DNA of 64,000 bases from Microthyrium microscopicum (GCA_010405405.1 MU004241.1:558001-622000), one strand, 5' to 3'. Counted from the stretch's first letter, positions 10,751 to 25,140 are shown. A program made the numbers and translations. Notes: generated by a model not told the origin, from the letters alone.

Positions 10751-11860
10751 TTATAAAAAATTTACTTTTTAAAGTTTACTTTAAGTACTATTATTCTCTA
10801 GTAGTATATATATTATTACCCTTTTAGGCTATATATCTCTACTTTTTTATAGGTTTTTCTAGTAAGTTTTTTTTTACTTTTTTTACTATTTTTTTACTAA
10901 CTTTTTTTTAGTTAATTAGTATCTTACTAAGCAATCTCTACTTTTTATTTCTATTTTTAGAAGTATAAAAACCTTTTTTCTAAAGTATTTTTATAGCTTT
11001 TTTTAGTACATTTATTTTTACTTTTTTTTACTTTTTATTTACTATTTATTTACTTTTTATTAACTTTATATTAAGCTTTCGTTATAGTAGTATTTCTACT
11101 TAGTATTATACTATTAGTATATATTCTAGTAAGTTTTTTTTTTATATTTTATTTATATTTAATTAACTTTTTTATTTAGTTTATTACTTTTCTTATTAAA
11201 GATTATATTTATATTTTCTTTAATATTTCTTTATATTATTTAAGATTTATCTTTATAGTATATATACTATTCTTTATTATTTAGCTAAAACCTAGTCTAA
11301 AAGCTATTATTATTTATAATTTAGTTTTTATTTCTTAGTTTTTACTTAAGTTTTCTATAACTTAGTTATTTATTAGCTATTTTATAAAGTCTTTATATTC
11401 TTAATCTATCTTTATAGTATTCTCTAGTTTATTAAAGTTATTATAGTATATCTTTCTATTTTCTATATAGATTTATATTAAAAAATATAAAAATAAAAAA
11501 TAGTAGAAAAATACTTTTCTTCTCTTTTTATTTTTATTCTTATTTAGTTATACTATTTAAGACTAGTAAATTTTATACTATATACTTTTATATATTTCTA
11601 ATAGATCTACTAATTCAGAATTTCTTATTTAGCTCTAGGTTTTAATCTAGAAATAAAAAAGATACTTATTATTATATTTCTATTCTTATTTATAAAATAA
11701 GTTCTATAATTAATATTAAGATAAATAATACTAATTCTAATCTTAATTTACCTAATACTTAACCTACTAGCTAACTATCTAATTTAGATACTAGTATAGG
11801 TCCTAGTAATAGTACTTTTTAAATTACTATTAAATTAAATCAATATAAAAGAAATAAACG

Positions 11861-12090
11861 TGTTACGGATGTCCTCTGGATGTACGGATCCGCGCCATTC
11901 GGGCTGCCCCTCCATGGACCCCTGTTAGCGCCAAGGCTGCAGTGACGTCATCGTCACGTGTTAGCGCGCACAGTCCACCTACGTGCCTATTTATATCTCT
12001 TCCGTAGGCCCTTCTAGCTAGATTCCTCGTCTTAGATTCTATAATTACAACGAGCCCTTACTGCGCCCTTGCACCTGCCGTTCCCTGACA
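11861..12090 (+). repeat. 5' LTR of the TRIM-like element
   Basis: TGTTACGG...CCCTGACA. 220 of 230 positions identical to the 3' LTR by manual comparison. Confidence 0.95.
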
Positions 12091-12763
12091 TAATCTAAGA
12101 CCCTCAAAACCCTCAATCCAGGAGCTCTTCAATGCTCCCAGCCATCGGTTTTTGAGTAGGCTCAGAAGCGCGCGCGCGCGCAGGCTGATCTCGCGGGAGA
12201 CAGATCTTGCGGCGCGGCGCTGCCACTCCACAACAACACCAAAATCGCTGCGACGACGCACGGATCACTAAGGGGCCTATGCCACGGAGCCACCCCACCA
12301 CACGTTCACCACATTGAAGCCAACGTTGCGATTCTACTCTTGATTGGGAGTCGCAAGCTCGCGGGAGCCGCTACCACAATGGGATATAGGAGTTTCAATG
12401 CCAAAAGCCGGAGCCAAAGAGCGCGGGGCCTACCTGACGAAATTGGGAGACGAGTGCTTATAGGAGCCTCCCATAAGAGATAGAGAGAGATGTTGGTTAG
12501 GAGTAGCAAACAGATCCTGCTACGATTCGAAGCAGATCTGATAGCAATTCGACGCGTAAAATCACGCCGCCAAATTCGACGCGTAAACGCGCCGCCAAAT
12601 CACGTGTTAGATACTACGTCACCTTCATATAAATAAGATTAAGAAGGAGGGGTTTTTGCCCTGTTGGTTTCCCCTCCTAAAGCCCAATTCAAGACGAGAT
12701 GGAAGAGCAGGAGCCACGGGAGTGATTTCAGTTCAGGAGCACTGAATTTAAAGGAGGGAGTAT

Positions 12764-12993
12764 TGTTACGGATGTCCTCTAGATGTACAGATCCACGCCA
12801 TTCAGGCTGCCCCTCCATAGACCCCTGTTAGCGCCAAGGCTACAGTGACGTCATCGTCACGTATTAGCGCGCACGGTCCACCTACGTGCCTATTTATATC
12901 TCTTCCGTAGGCCCTTCTAGCTAGATTCCTCGTCTTAGATTCTATAATTACAACGAGCCCTTACTGCGCCCTTACACCTGCCGTTCCCTAACA
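12764..12993 (+). repeat. 3' LTR of the TRIM-like element
   Basis: TGTTACGG...CCCTAACA, preceded by the PPT and followed by the TSD. Confidence 0.95.
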
Positions 12994-15659
12994 AAACGAA
13001 ACTAAACTATATATACTTTTCCTAATAATAATACTTATAGAATAGCCTATATTTTTAAATATAGTCTTTTTACTAGAGAACTACTATCTATAGATTAGAA
13101 TAAAGAAAAAGAATTTAAATTAACTTATATTATTTATAATTATAATAAAATTAAAAATATAAAAAGCTTTTTAAGCTCTAACTTTACTAAATATTATACT
13201 AGCTAATATTCTTTAATAGCTACTAGTAAAGAAGATTATAAAAAGAAGTATACTTTAGAAGAATATTTAATTAAATAAGTAGAAAATATTAGCTCTTTAG
13301 ATCTTCTTTCTAATAATCTTTTTATATAAGTAGCTAGTAGTAGTAATACTATTAATAGGAAAAGAATACATTCTAGTACTAATTATAAGTTTATAGAATA
13401 AGAAGCTTTATACTTAGTATTAGCTTTTATTATAGATAATAACTTATCTTTTAATACTATAGATTCTTAATCGTTTAGAGATCTTTTAGAATATTATAAT
13501 ATTACTAAACCTATAGTAAATCATCATAATATTCAAAACCTATTAGAAACTATATATTCTAATAGTTTAAAAGTATTAAAATATAAAATTTAACTAGTAG
13601 TAAATAGTAAAAATTACTTTTTAATAACTCTAGATAGTTAGATAGCTTATAATTAAATAGCCTTTTTAGGTATTATATTAATTTATATTAATAATAATAT
13701 TAAAATATAATATAAGTTAATAGGCTTTAAAGAATTAACTAAAAGCTATATAGGCATTTATCTTTCTAAAGTTTTTAATAATTATTTAAAAAGTTATAGC
13801 TTATCTATATTAAATATTATTAGTTTTACTAAAGATAATATAGGTAATAATAATACTTTAGTAAAGTAATTAATACGTAAAAATTATATAGTTAGAAATA
13901 CTACTAATTTTTATAATATTTATTATATAGCTTATATTATTAATTTAGTAGCTAAAGATATTTTAAAATACTTTTTAGTATTTTATAATACTAAAGTTAG
14001 TTTAACTAAATATACTAATAGTATACTAGAATTAACTAATAATAATAATAAAGAAGAAGATAAAGAAGATAAAGATCCTACTAAACTTTTAAGATTAATA
14101 GTTAAAATAAGAAGAATTATTACTTCTATTAAATACGTTAAATTATATTAATAATTATTTACTACTAGTTTAAAAGTATTAAGAGAAGATAGTAATATTC
14201 CTAAATCTATTAAAATTAATAGAATATTGCCTAATAATAATACTAGATAGAATTCTACTTTTAATTATATTTCTAGCTTTTTATAGCTTAAAAAGGCAGT
14301 TTTATATATATTTATAAATATATCTAAAAATAAGTTTAAGAATTAATTAGCTTTAAATAGTATTAATTTTTATACTTTAGAAAATCTAAGAAATATATTA
14401 GAATATTTCTCTTATCCTTCTATTAGATTATAAGATTAGGTTTATACTACTATTAATTAGACTTTATTATATATTTATAAATTATTTAAATAACTAGATG
14501 CTAAAAGACTAACTATAGATAAAGAATATAATCCTATAAATAAGTATTTAGAAAAACATTATTTTATTAATACTATTTATAAAGGTATTTCTAAATTAGA
14601 AAAGTATTATAGGAAAAATATTCCTAATTTATAAGAATTATAAAAAATTAAGCCTTATATACTAGGAATTATACTAAATCTTAGATATAAAATAGCTTAT
14701 TTTAAATAAGCTACTAATAGGTCTTTATATTTTTATAATAATATATTAATTAATACTACTAAGCTTCTTAAAGAAGAATATAATTCTACTATTAAAAGAT
14801 TAAATAATTTTAGTCTTTTAACTAGAAATACTACTATTATAAATTTAGAATCTAATTCTAATACTAATTTAGATAACTTTATTAATAAAAGTCTCTTTAT
14901 TAGTAGTACTCCTAGTATTAGTTTACTTAGTAGAGATAGTAATACTAAATATATTTAGTATTTAAAAGAAGATAATATAGATTCTAAAATCTATTCTTTA
15001 GATTATTAGAAAGATAATAGAACTAAATATCCTATTCTATTTTACTTAGCATATAAATTCCTAGTTATACCTACTACTTCTATTAGTATTAAAAGTATAT
15101 TTAGTATAGAATCTAATATAATATTAAAAACTAAAAATAAGCTAGAAGCTAAAACTAGTAAAAAGATTCTATTACTAAAAAGTTAGTATATTAAAGGCTA
15201 GGAAGAATTACGTAATAAATTAACTAAATTAGAGTTAATAATTACTTAGTAGTAGTTAAATAGATTAGTTTTATTAATAAAAAGTAATTAAAAGTAATAT
15301 ATTTATTATATAAGTTTATAATAATAGTAAAAGTAAGTAGTAAAGTAGTTAATAGATTATAGAGTATAAATAAAGTAGTAGTAAAATATAGAAAGTAGAA
15401 TATAAATAAAAATATAATATTAAGTAGAAATATAATATAAAAGTAAGTAAATTTTTTAAAAAGATAATTATAAAATATAATTTTAGATTTATTAATTATT
15501 AATAATTAGAATTAGGTATTTTAATTAGTTTATATATATTTAAAATAGTATAGATATATAGTAAGTAGATAAAAGGAATACTATCTAATAGTTTATAACT
15601 TATAAGTTATAATTAGGTAAATTAAGCTAGCTTTTAAAACTTTAATATAATAAGATTTA

Positions 15660-16590
15660 TAATTTATAAAACTAGACCTAGATAAAAATAAGGTTAGTAG
15701 CTAGTATAGCTATATAAGTCTAGTATTATAGGCCCTAGTAATATAGTTTTTATTATAGAATTATTACTATACTATTAAGTAATCTAATATAATCTATTTA
15801 TAAACTATTTTAAAGTAAAGTTTAAAAGTAAAGATTTAAAAGTAAAGAAAACTAATTAAAAAATTATTATAAGGTAAATATTAAATTCCTAAAGTAGATT
15901 TAAATAGTATATTAATATTACTATACTCTTTAATAAAGTAATATAATATAATTTACTTAGTTTAAAAGTAAAGTCTAAAAATAAAGTTTAAAATTAAAAA
16001 AAACTAATTAACTAATAGTTAAAAAAGAACTATTAAAGTAAACTTAGATAGTATAAATAAGCTTTAGTATACTTATATAAGTTTTATATCTTAACTAGGT
16101 TATAATACTATATAGATTAATTAGTTATTAATTATTATAATAATTTAAACTAGATTTAGTTTAGAATAAGAATAATAATTAGTACTACTAGAAAGGTCTT
16201 ATATTTTAGATACTAATATTATACCTTTTAGCATTAAAAGACTACTATACTATTAAGTAATCTAATATAGTAGTATTTAAAACTTAGTTTAAAAAGTAAT
16301 ATTTAAAATTAACTAAAACTAAAAGAAATATATTTATAAAGTAAATATATTAGTTTAAAGGTATAATTAGATAGTATAAATATAGTTTAGTATATTTCTA
16401 AAGCTTTTATATATTAAATAGTTAATAATATAAATTAAATTAATTATATATTAATTATAACTATAATTATATAAAACTAGAATTAGACTAGAATAAAATT
16501 AGCTATAGCTACTACTAGGTAGATTTAGTCTTCTAGACTTTAATAGTATATATTTTCATATAGAAATATTACTATATTAGTCTAGAACTA
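15660..16590. repeat. Degenerate direct repeats downstream of the hAT transposase (3 copies of a >=120 bp block)
   Basis: AAACTAGA...AATAA...TACTATA(C/T)TA blocks at ~15668, ~16147 and ~16473. Confidence 0.55.
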
Positions 16591-16662
16591 TTTTATATAA
16601 AATTTAATTTTAGATAAAATCTTAATTTTCTAATTTTTTATAATATAGTATAAGTAATTCTA

Positions 16663-19600
16663 TATTATTAGGGGTTAAACCCCCTAAAGCTATACTCGTT
16701 TAGGCTACCTCTATTATATATAAATACCTTAATTAAAGAGTCTCTTAACTCTTCTTTCTCTCTAAGTTACTTTCCTATTTAGTAGGCTTATAATATAACT
16801 TATTTCTTTATTATTTAACCTATAATATTAGGTAACTTTAAAACTAATTCCTTTTTTTACTTACTCTCTTTTCGTTTATTAATAAATAGCTAGAATAGTA
16901 GACTAAGATTCTTTTTATCTAATAATTACTAGATAGAATAAAGAAACGTCCTTTAAGAGCTTTACTTATAAGAATATAGAAGTATACTTTATATATATTA
17001 ACTAATAATAGATAGAGCTATAGAACTACTTAGATATATTCTAGAAGATAACTAATAATAGCTTATAATAAGTAATAGATAGTATTTTACTACTTAATAA
17101 TATACTTAATTTATCTATCTTATAATTATATATAACTATTACTAGTTATAGATAAGCTTTATAATAACTAAATAGGTTAACTAGCAAAATTTATATATAA
17201 TTAAATAAAAATATATAATAAATTATAGTAGTTTATACTAAACTTTAGGCCTAAGTTAATAGTTAGAATAAATAGCTTACTAATATCTATATTAGTAATA
17301 AGATCCTTATATAATAAGTAAATAATACTACTTATAAAATACTAACCTAATAGTAGTAGTAGAAATAGGAATAACTCTAGAGGAAATCTATAATACTTAG
17401 TATAACTCTTTCTTTAATACTAGCTATATCTTTTATTAGAGAAACTTTTAACTATAGCTACTACTTTTCTCTAATTCTATAAGCTAATCTTCTTTAGACT
17501 CTAATTATAATAGTTAGACTAGTAGCCTTTTCTCTACTTTTTTTAATAAATCTTCTAGTTACTTAATATAAGCTATTTTAATTACTACTATAAAACCTCT
17601 AACTAGCTCTTCTAAACTTAGAATAATACTTATATAAAGACTTAACCCTTTATCCTAGTTTTTACTAAATAATTAAAGCAAAATTATATATTAATAGATA
17701 GATTTATATAGATAACTATGCCTAAATTTACTATATATTTAGTTAGCTTATAGAAAATACTACCTAATAAGTTCTTCTTTAGATTTAAAATCTTATTAGC
17801 TATAGTATTATAAGTTTTAGTAAGTTTATAGAATAGATAGACCTTCTCTTTTATAACTTATATAAAGAAATAAGAGCTTTAATAAATCTTTAAGAGATTT
17901 AGTAGAGAAATAGAGAATAGAGAATCTTTTAGGCTAAGTTTTAATAATATCTTATTTATACTAAAGTATAATTTTAAGCTACTTTTATCTAGATATAGTT
18001 CTTAAAAAATACTATAAATTCTAGTCTTAAAATAGCTTTAATTGCTTATTCTTAGCCTAATAACTTAGATGCCTTTACCTAAGAAGCTTTAGAAACTTAG
18101 AATTAAATAGTTTAAGCCTATATAAGTTATTATAGCTTAAGAAACTTAAGCGCTAAAATAAGTACTTAGTAAACTTAACTATTTAAGAATTAGGACCTAG
18201 ATATAATAAAAGGTATTTAGGTTAGAGCTAGCTAAGTCTAGTATAACTATTATAAGTAAAATAACTTTTATTTTTACTATAGCTTAGCTAATTATAGAAT
18301 TTAAGACTATAAATAAGTGCCTTAAGTATTATCTAGAAACTAGAATTCCTTTTATAGCTAGGTTAGTTATAAATAAAAATAAGATAGAGAAGGCTCTATT
18401 AAAAGTAAATGCTTATAAGATAATACTAGTAGATTCTAGACTAGTACTACTAATGCTCTAAATATCCTTTAGAATAGCTAGCTAATAAGAGCTACTACTA
18501 CTTAGCTAAAAAATAATAACCTTTATAATAATCTATATAACGTTACTAATATAAAATTAAAAAACTAGTAAGCTTAAATTAAAGACGTAATACTAAGCTA
18601 GAAAATTATAAAAATATTATTTTAAAATAGCATTAAAAGTTTTTTACTTAAAATATAGTTATAGAGCTCTTTTTAATACCTTTAATAATAAATTAACTTT
18701 CTTTATATATAGGCTTTATTAATAGTAGCTACTTAACTTATTCTTTTATAAGTTTTTACTTTACTTAAAGATATAAATTTAAATATATATTACTACTTTA
18801 AGTAATTCTTATTAAAAAGATAAATAGTAAAGCTAGAAAAATTTATAAAATAGTAATTATAAAGATTAATATTAAAGGCTATAAAGAAACTATTTAAGCC
18901 TTTATAATAAAAGAGACTCTAAGCTATAATATAATTCTTAGCCTACCTTAAATAAAGAAACGTAATATTATTTTCTATATAAAACTTAAGAAGTTAGTCT
19001 TTAACGAAATAGGTTATATAGTTATAAGTCTAAAGACTCCTTAAAAGAAGTATAACTATATAGTAATTAAAGTTATAGTATTTAGAATACTTACCTAATA
19101 AGCTAGAAAGTAGATAAGATAATCTTAAGAAGGCTTAGTATTAATTATATAAGTCTTTATTATAAGTCTTTATAGCTTATAGAAAGCTTTTACTCTTAAG
19201 AAGTATATTAACTCTTATAAAAAGCTTTCTAAATAGTATTTAGATTACTTTAACCTCTTTTAAAGAAAGCTAGCTAATAAATAGCTACTTATTTAAGGCT
19301 TTTCTATAGACTATAAGATTAACCTAATTCTAGATGCTAATAAAAAGAAACCTTAGTTACCTTAGTAGGTATTATACTCTATAAATTAGAATAAGTTACT
19401 AACCTTTAGAAGAATTCTTAATAATTTACTAAAAAGTAGGTTTATTTAAGTAAGTAACTTACTTACTAGAGTACTAGTTCTCTTTATTTATAAAGTAAAT
19501 AGATTAATTTAGTTTTATTATAACTACTATATATTAAATAAGTTAACTATAAAGGATTATTACTTCTTACTACTTATTTATAAGATATTAAATACTTTAA

Positions 19601-19878
19601 GAAAGATATAATAGTTTACTAAATTAGACATATCTTAAGTATTTTATAAGATTTAAATATATAAGGATAATAAGTAAAAAATAGCCTTTTAAATATAATA
19701 TAGCTTATTTAAATAGATAGTAATATTATTTAGGTTATTAAATACTCTAAGTACCTTTTAGAAGTTTATTAACTTTATTCTTTAGAATATCTTAAATAAC
19801 TATATTTTTATATACTTAGATAATATCTTAATCTTTAACTTAAGTACTAGGAAGTAATATAAAGCTTATATTTAAGAG
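16663..19878 (+). mobile_element. Ty3/Gypsy LTR retrotransposon, 5' half (probable LTR ~16663-16826, gag, protease, RT), cut inside RT
   Basis: Protease-like FINSSYLTYSFIS (~18715, xIDSG). RT motifs VLVLFIYK...FYYNYYILNKLTIKDYYFLLLI, FTKLDIS*VFYKI, K*KIAF*I*YSLFK*IVILFRLLNTLSTF* and YLDNILIF (~19813, YLDD). RNase H and integrase are not seen after 19878. Confidence 0.9.
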
Positions 19879-19989
19879 CATTATTGTACTAAAAGATTAA
19901 TTTCTTAGAATTATTCTATAAAACTATTATTATTAGATTCATCTTATTAAGACTATTACAATGGTATAACTTTTAACTAGACATAAGTA

Positions 19990-21630
19990 ATAGCTAGCGC
20001 TATAGAGATAGATAAAGATTTATAATAGACAGCCGTTATTACTACAAAGGCTACCTATATTAAAAACGAGGCAATATAGAAACAAAAAAATAACCTAAAA
20101 CTACTACTTATAGAAGTATAAAGAGGAATCAAAGTACTATTAGGAGGACTTATATCTAAAGAGAGGGATCTAATATAACTATTCCTTAACTAGCTAATAA
20201 CTAATTTTATATAATACTATGCGTCCTTTATTATAGCACAAGACTACATTAAATAACTAGTATTCTACCTAGCTCTAACTATAAATAAGGCCTCTCTACT
20301 AATGTACCTTAAGGTGCGTCTTAACTAAAAACTTAATATAATTATAAAGCAAATTACTAAGATTAAAATAACCTCTAACTCCTAGGCAAAGGTCACAAAA
20401 GGACCTAACCTACTAATCCCTAACTAAAAGGCCCCCTTTATAAGCCTAATAGTCTAAATTAATATTATAAAAGTAGTTAAAAATATATTAAAGAAAGATA
20501 AGTAAGACAAAATAAAGCTATTTAAAAAGATTAAGGAAACTATCTTATAAGTAATAGCTATTAGGCTACTACCTAGCAAGAACGTTAACGTTATAGTTAA
20601 TATATAATTAGATAAGGACTATATCTAAAATAAGCTATACTAAATAGGCTTAGATAAAGTCTAAGTTCTATAATAAGACTATCTAGTAGAGATCCTAAAG
20701 ACTCTACTTAAACTAGACGTAGCCTATAGTAAGAATATAAATAATAGTAAACTAATTAAAGAACTAGTTAATAGAAATAAGATAAGGTTTAAACGCCTAA
20801 AGATAAAAGTAGTTTAGTAACTTTATAGAGGCGTAGAGTATAAATAGGTAAAAGAAGAACTAGAAAAGCATAAAAAGGTATATACTAAGGGATTACTTAT
20901 ACTATACTACTTAATAATAGTAATAAGAAATAAGGTTATTTAGAAGAAGTTTATTATTAGGGTAGAGGAACTCTTTACTAGATTATATAACCTAAAATAT
21001 ACTACTAAATAGTATTTCTACTACTAAGTCTAAGGCTATATATAAATAGCTTATACCTAGCATAAACTAAACTATAATAAATATATAAGTAATTATAATA
21101 CTAGGGACTATACTAGGATAAGCTTAGTCTAATACTCTAATTATAAAGATAATAAAAAAAGAAAAAGGAGAAAAAAAGAGTAAGGCTAAGAATACTATAT
21201 ATAGCAAAAGAATATATATAAAGTATACTAAACCTACTTTAAGAGTATAAAAAAATTCTAAGTAGTAAATAAAAAATATATAGAATAAATAAAAGCTATA
21301 ATACTTACCTAAATTATACTAATTTAGCTTATAGATAATAATAAATATACTATAGTAAATAATATAAAGAAAAGAAAAGTAAAGACTAAGAACCCTAAAA
21401 GACTATTAGCATTATAAGAAGTAAAGGATAAAATATATAATAACCTAGTCTAAAGTATTTAGAGATTAATTATAAGTATATTTAACTTTAATAGAAGTAA
21501 TAATAGCTTATAAACTATAAGAAATAGCGCTCTAGAAAACTAATAAAAAAATAACTATAAGAAAATAAAATAAGCTATAGATAACCCTAGGCTAATCTCT
21601 AGTAATAAAATAAACAGAATTTAAACAATA
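19990..21630 (+). pseudogene. LINE ORF1 (gag-like, CCHC knuckles)
   Basis: NS*AKVTKGP (SWAxVA motif, ~20380). K*YFYY*V*GYI*IAYT...YNKYISNYNTRDYT (~21008-21114) reverts to QCxxCQxxGHxxxxC...CxxCxxxHxxxxC. Confidence 0.8.
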
Positions 21631-21639
21631 GACTTAAAT

Positions 21640-24600
21640 AAATAATATTAATATTATATAATATAACTATAAGAGGTTAAATAAGAAGGAAGTAAGGCTA
21701 TTCTTTAATATACTAAATAATACTAAGCAACTAATTATAGTAATCTAAGACCCTAGAAGAATTATAAAGCTAAGAAGAATATACTACCTCCCTAGCTACG
21801 TACTAGTATATAACTAGGATAATTAATTAAGAGTATACTTTATAATAAGTAAGGTACTTAATATAAGAGACTAGTAAGTAAAATATTATAACTAATTTAT
21901 CTTAATACTACACTTCTAGCATAAGTATACAATACTAATAATTATTAATATATATAGTAAAGGCCTAGTAGTAAGTAACTATAACTACATTACTAAATAC
22001 TTAATACTAATAAAGATAATTAATAAGGTAGAAAGAGAGATCCTATTAGTAGAAGACTTTAACTACTACTATTATTAATAGAAAGGCGTAGTATTAGCTA
22101 CTAAACCTTAAATAAATACCTTACTTTATAATATAATTAGGTAGAAGCTCTATCTATATATATTAGAAAGAGAACTAACCTATAGGTTATATAAGAAAAG
22201 GAGAGTAGAAGTAGCAAAGATAATAATTAACCTTACGTTCTTATTCTAGTTTCTTTAAGAAAGACTAAAGTTCTATAGCCTAATTAATACTTAGGTATTA
22301 ATAGAAGATTATATCTTAGTACTAATCTAGCTAACCTTAAGATAAGAGAAGTATATACTAAAAGTATAGTATAATATATAAAAACTAGATATAGAATAAT
22401 TTATTAAATATATAAATAATAGCTTATAAGATATTAAAGATATACTAATAGAGGCTCTATATAGAGTAATAATAGAAGTACTAAAGATTTACTACCTAAA
22501 AGTAAAACCCTTAAAGTAAGCTTTATATAAGTAGTTACTTATAATTACTCTACTAATATAAAGAAAATATTACATAAGATAAAGATACCTCTAAATAGAG
22601 ACTAACTAAGATAAGTACGTATATAAGTTAGTTATAGCTTAGCTAAAAAAATCTCTACGCTAGAATAAAGTAATATCTTAGTAGACCTTTATAGAAAAGA
22701 TTATAAAGAATTATAAACGCTATAAGAACTAAGGCTTATAAAGAATAAGTAAATAAATAAGAACTAAAGCTAGTAGACTAAGAAAAGACTTATACCTACT
22801 AGTACTTAAATAGACTACTAGTAATAACTATACTTATAATAACTAAGGCAAGGCAAATATACTATCTATAAAGTTCTTTCCTTAAATAGGAATAGCAAAC
22901 CTTAGTAACATAAAGGACGCTATTCTACCCCTAGAACTAAAGATAGACTATAAGATAATAGCAGAAGAGATAGATTACGTAATTAGTAGCCTCCTAAATT
23001 ATAAGGCAATAAGACTTATTAATATACTAAACGAGGTTTTAAAGGCTTTTAGGCTTAAAGTATAACTAGAAAAGAAGGATAATAATCTAAAACTAATAGA
23101 ATTTAGTAAAAAACTAGCACTTATAATTAATAGAATATTAATAAGTAGTATAATCTTAGAATATTTAAAGTAATCCTATATGCTAGCACTTAAAAAGCTA
23201 AGTAAGAAAGACTACTTATTACTAGTAGCCTACTAGCTAATTACCCTTAAGAATATAATAGTAAAGTTAGTTAAAAAGATTATTATTAATAAACTTACCT
23301 AACTTATAAAAGATAATAACTTACTACCCTAGAACTAGATAGAAGCTAGGGTAGAGTAGTTAATACTAATAATAATATAGCTCTTAAGAAATACTATTAA
23401 GGTAGTATAGAAAGGAAACATAAGAGCTATAGTATTAGTATTTAGCCTTAACCTTTAAGGAGCGTATAATAATATTAATCTAAGGAGGCTTCTCTATATC
23501 CTAAAGATAAAGAGAGTCCCCTAGTAGCTAATTAACATAGTAGTAAGCTTTACTATTAATTATATAATTTAAATTATATTTACTAAGTACTAGAGCCTAA
23601 TAATAATAACTAATATAAGGATCCCCTAAGGATCTCTTCTCTTACTTATTTTCTTTCTCTTCTTTATATTAGAATTATTAGAATACTTCTAGGACGTAAG
23701 TAATAATATCTTTAGATTTAGCTTTATAGATAATACTATATTAGTTATATAAGGTAATACTACCTAAGAGAACTATATAAGACTAGAAGAGGCTTACTAA
23801 AAGTATACTAACTAGGTAAATAGGCATAAAGCTAAGTTTACTTCTAATAAGTATTAAGTAATATACTTTACTTAGAATATTTACTACCTAAAAGTAGACC
23901 TATAGACTATAGTAATAGTAAATAGTATATTTACTAAGCTTATACTAGAAAGCATTAGAATACTAAGTATATAAATAGATAAGAAAATAAACTAGAAAGA
24001 CTATATTAAAAAGACTAGAACTAAAGAATTTAAGTAAGTAGTAGTACTTTTAAAAATAGCGTAGTTAAGATAAGGACTAGTCTTTAGAAAGATAAAGCTT
24101 CTTTATATAATAGTTATTAAGCTAACCCTTATATATAGAGTATAAGTATAAAGTCTAAGATTACTATCCTCTAAGGCGCTAGAGGATTATTATAAATTAC
24201 TAGTAGTAGTTTAGAATAATATACTCTATAAGATAATAAGAAAGTACTAAAGAACTCTTATTACTTTATTAAATAAAGAAATAGAGGTTAAATTACTCTA
24301 AATAAACGCTATAGTTTTAGTAAAGAAATATACTAATAAGAATAAAGACTTAATAGTAATATAAAAGATAAGTAAAATTATTACTAAAGTATACTAAGTA
24401 AACCTCCTAAGAAACTAAAGAATACCTTCCTAATAGTAATAACTAAGAAGCCTAATAACGCTTAAACTAGTATAGATATATATAATTAAGGTTATAGCTT
24501 AGAGAGTTAATGTATTAAAATAATAAAAGAAGAGATTAGAGATAAAGTAGAAGCAAGATACTAATTATAAGTAAGTAATATAACTAATAGATAGTACGCT

Positions 24601-25140
24601 ATAAAAGAAGAAGGAGGTAAAAACTAAACTAGAGCTAGAGATATTTCTAATTAGAGTATATTACTATAGGCTCTAGATAGATACTTAGGTATAGCTTATA
24701 AGGATATAGTAGTATACTACTATAGTATAAAGAATATTATAGAGTAACTAATTAATTAAGCTCTATAATAGTTTTAATAAAGTATAAGTAATAGTACTCT
24801 TTCTTATATAATTAGAAGTTATTAGACTTAATAACTAGCTATATAGCGTATAGGTATTAATAGTCTCCCTATTATAGTACCTATATAGTTACTAGTAATA
24901 AATAGTTTACTATATACTACTAAACTACTTATAATATTATAGAAAAAGATTACTAGAATAAGTAATAATACTAAATAAGGCCTATATACTTTCTAATCTA
25001 AAGGATACCTAGGTAGTAGCTAGATAGTTACTAAAGAGTAGAGCTCTTTAGTAATTTAGGCTAACTAAAAAGATTATAAAAATAGACCTTAAGATACATA
25101 GAGAACTACTAAGACTTAAAGATCCTATAAATAACTAATT
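21640..25140 (+). pseudogene. LINE ORF2 (AP endonuclease + reverse transcriptase)
   Basis: II*YNYKR and IIVI*DP (APE motifs QYN and IQEP). RT motifs SLNL*GAYNNI (DxxGAYDNV, ~23445), RIP*GSLLLLIFF (GIPQGSPLSP, ~23620) and FSFIDNT (FVDD, ~23720). C-terminal Cys/His-like motif ~24876. Confidence 0.9.

Larger units (their letters stand above)
11861..12993 (+). mobile_element. Non-autonomous miniature LTR retroelement (TRIM-like), 1133 bp
   Basis: Two 230-bp TGT...ACA LTRs. 5-bp TSD AAACG at 11856-11860 and 12994-12998. Polypurine tract AAAGGAGGGAG just before the 3' LTR. The 673-bp interior has no gag/pol ORF. Confidence 0.95.
11700..15250 (+). pseudogene. hAT transposase (RIP-inactivated, interrupted at 11861-12993)
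   Basis: Read-through gives ITLDS*IAYN*IAFLGI (~13625, the TLDxW..NQ..FLG motif), NNNTR*NSTF (~14235, DNxTRWNST), and the dimerisation domain DY*KDNRTKYPILFYLAYKFLVIPTTSISIKSIFS...KTKNKLEAKT (15001-15156). Confidence 0.9.
8221..16660 (+). mobile_element. hAT-superfamily DNA transposon (left end, transposase, internal repeats). Right end not in the window.
   Basis: Starts CAGGGTTGGTAAAC exactly where helicase homology stops. Subterminal repeat ACTCTATTCTAATACTAGTA at ~8271 and ~8345. hAT transposase relic downstream. That 8221 and the transposase belong to one element is inference. Confidence 0.65.

Noticed and set aside
12058..12509. Short ORFs inside the TRIM-like element
   Set aside because: 60-67 aa, antisense, no gag/pol motifs, and expected by chance in GC-rich DNA.
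16668..16686. TTAGGGGTTAAACCCCCTAA as a telomeric repeat
   Set aside because: A single short palindrome at the start of the probable Gypsy LTR, not a TTAGGG array.
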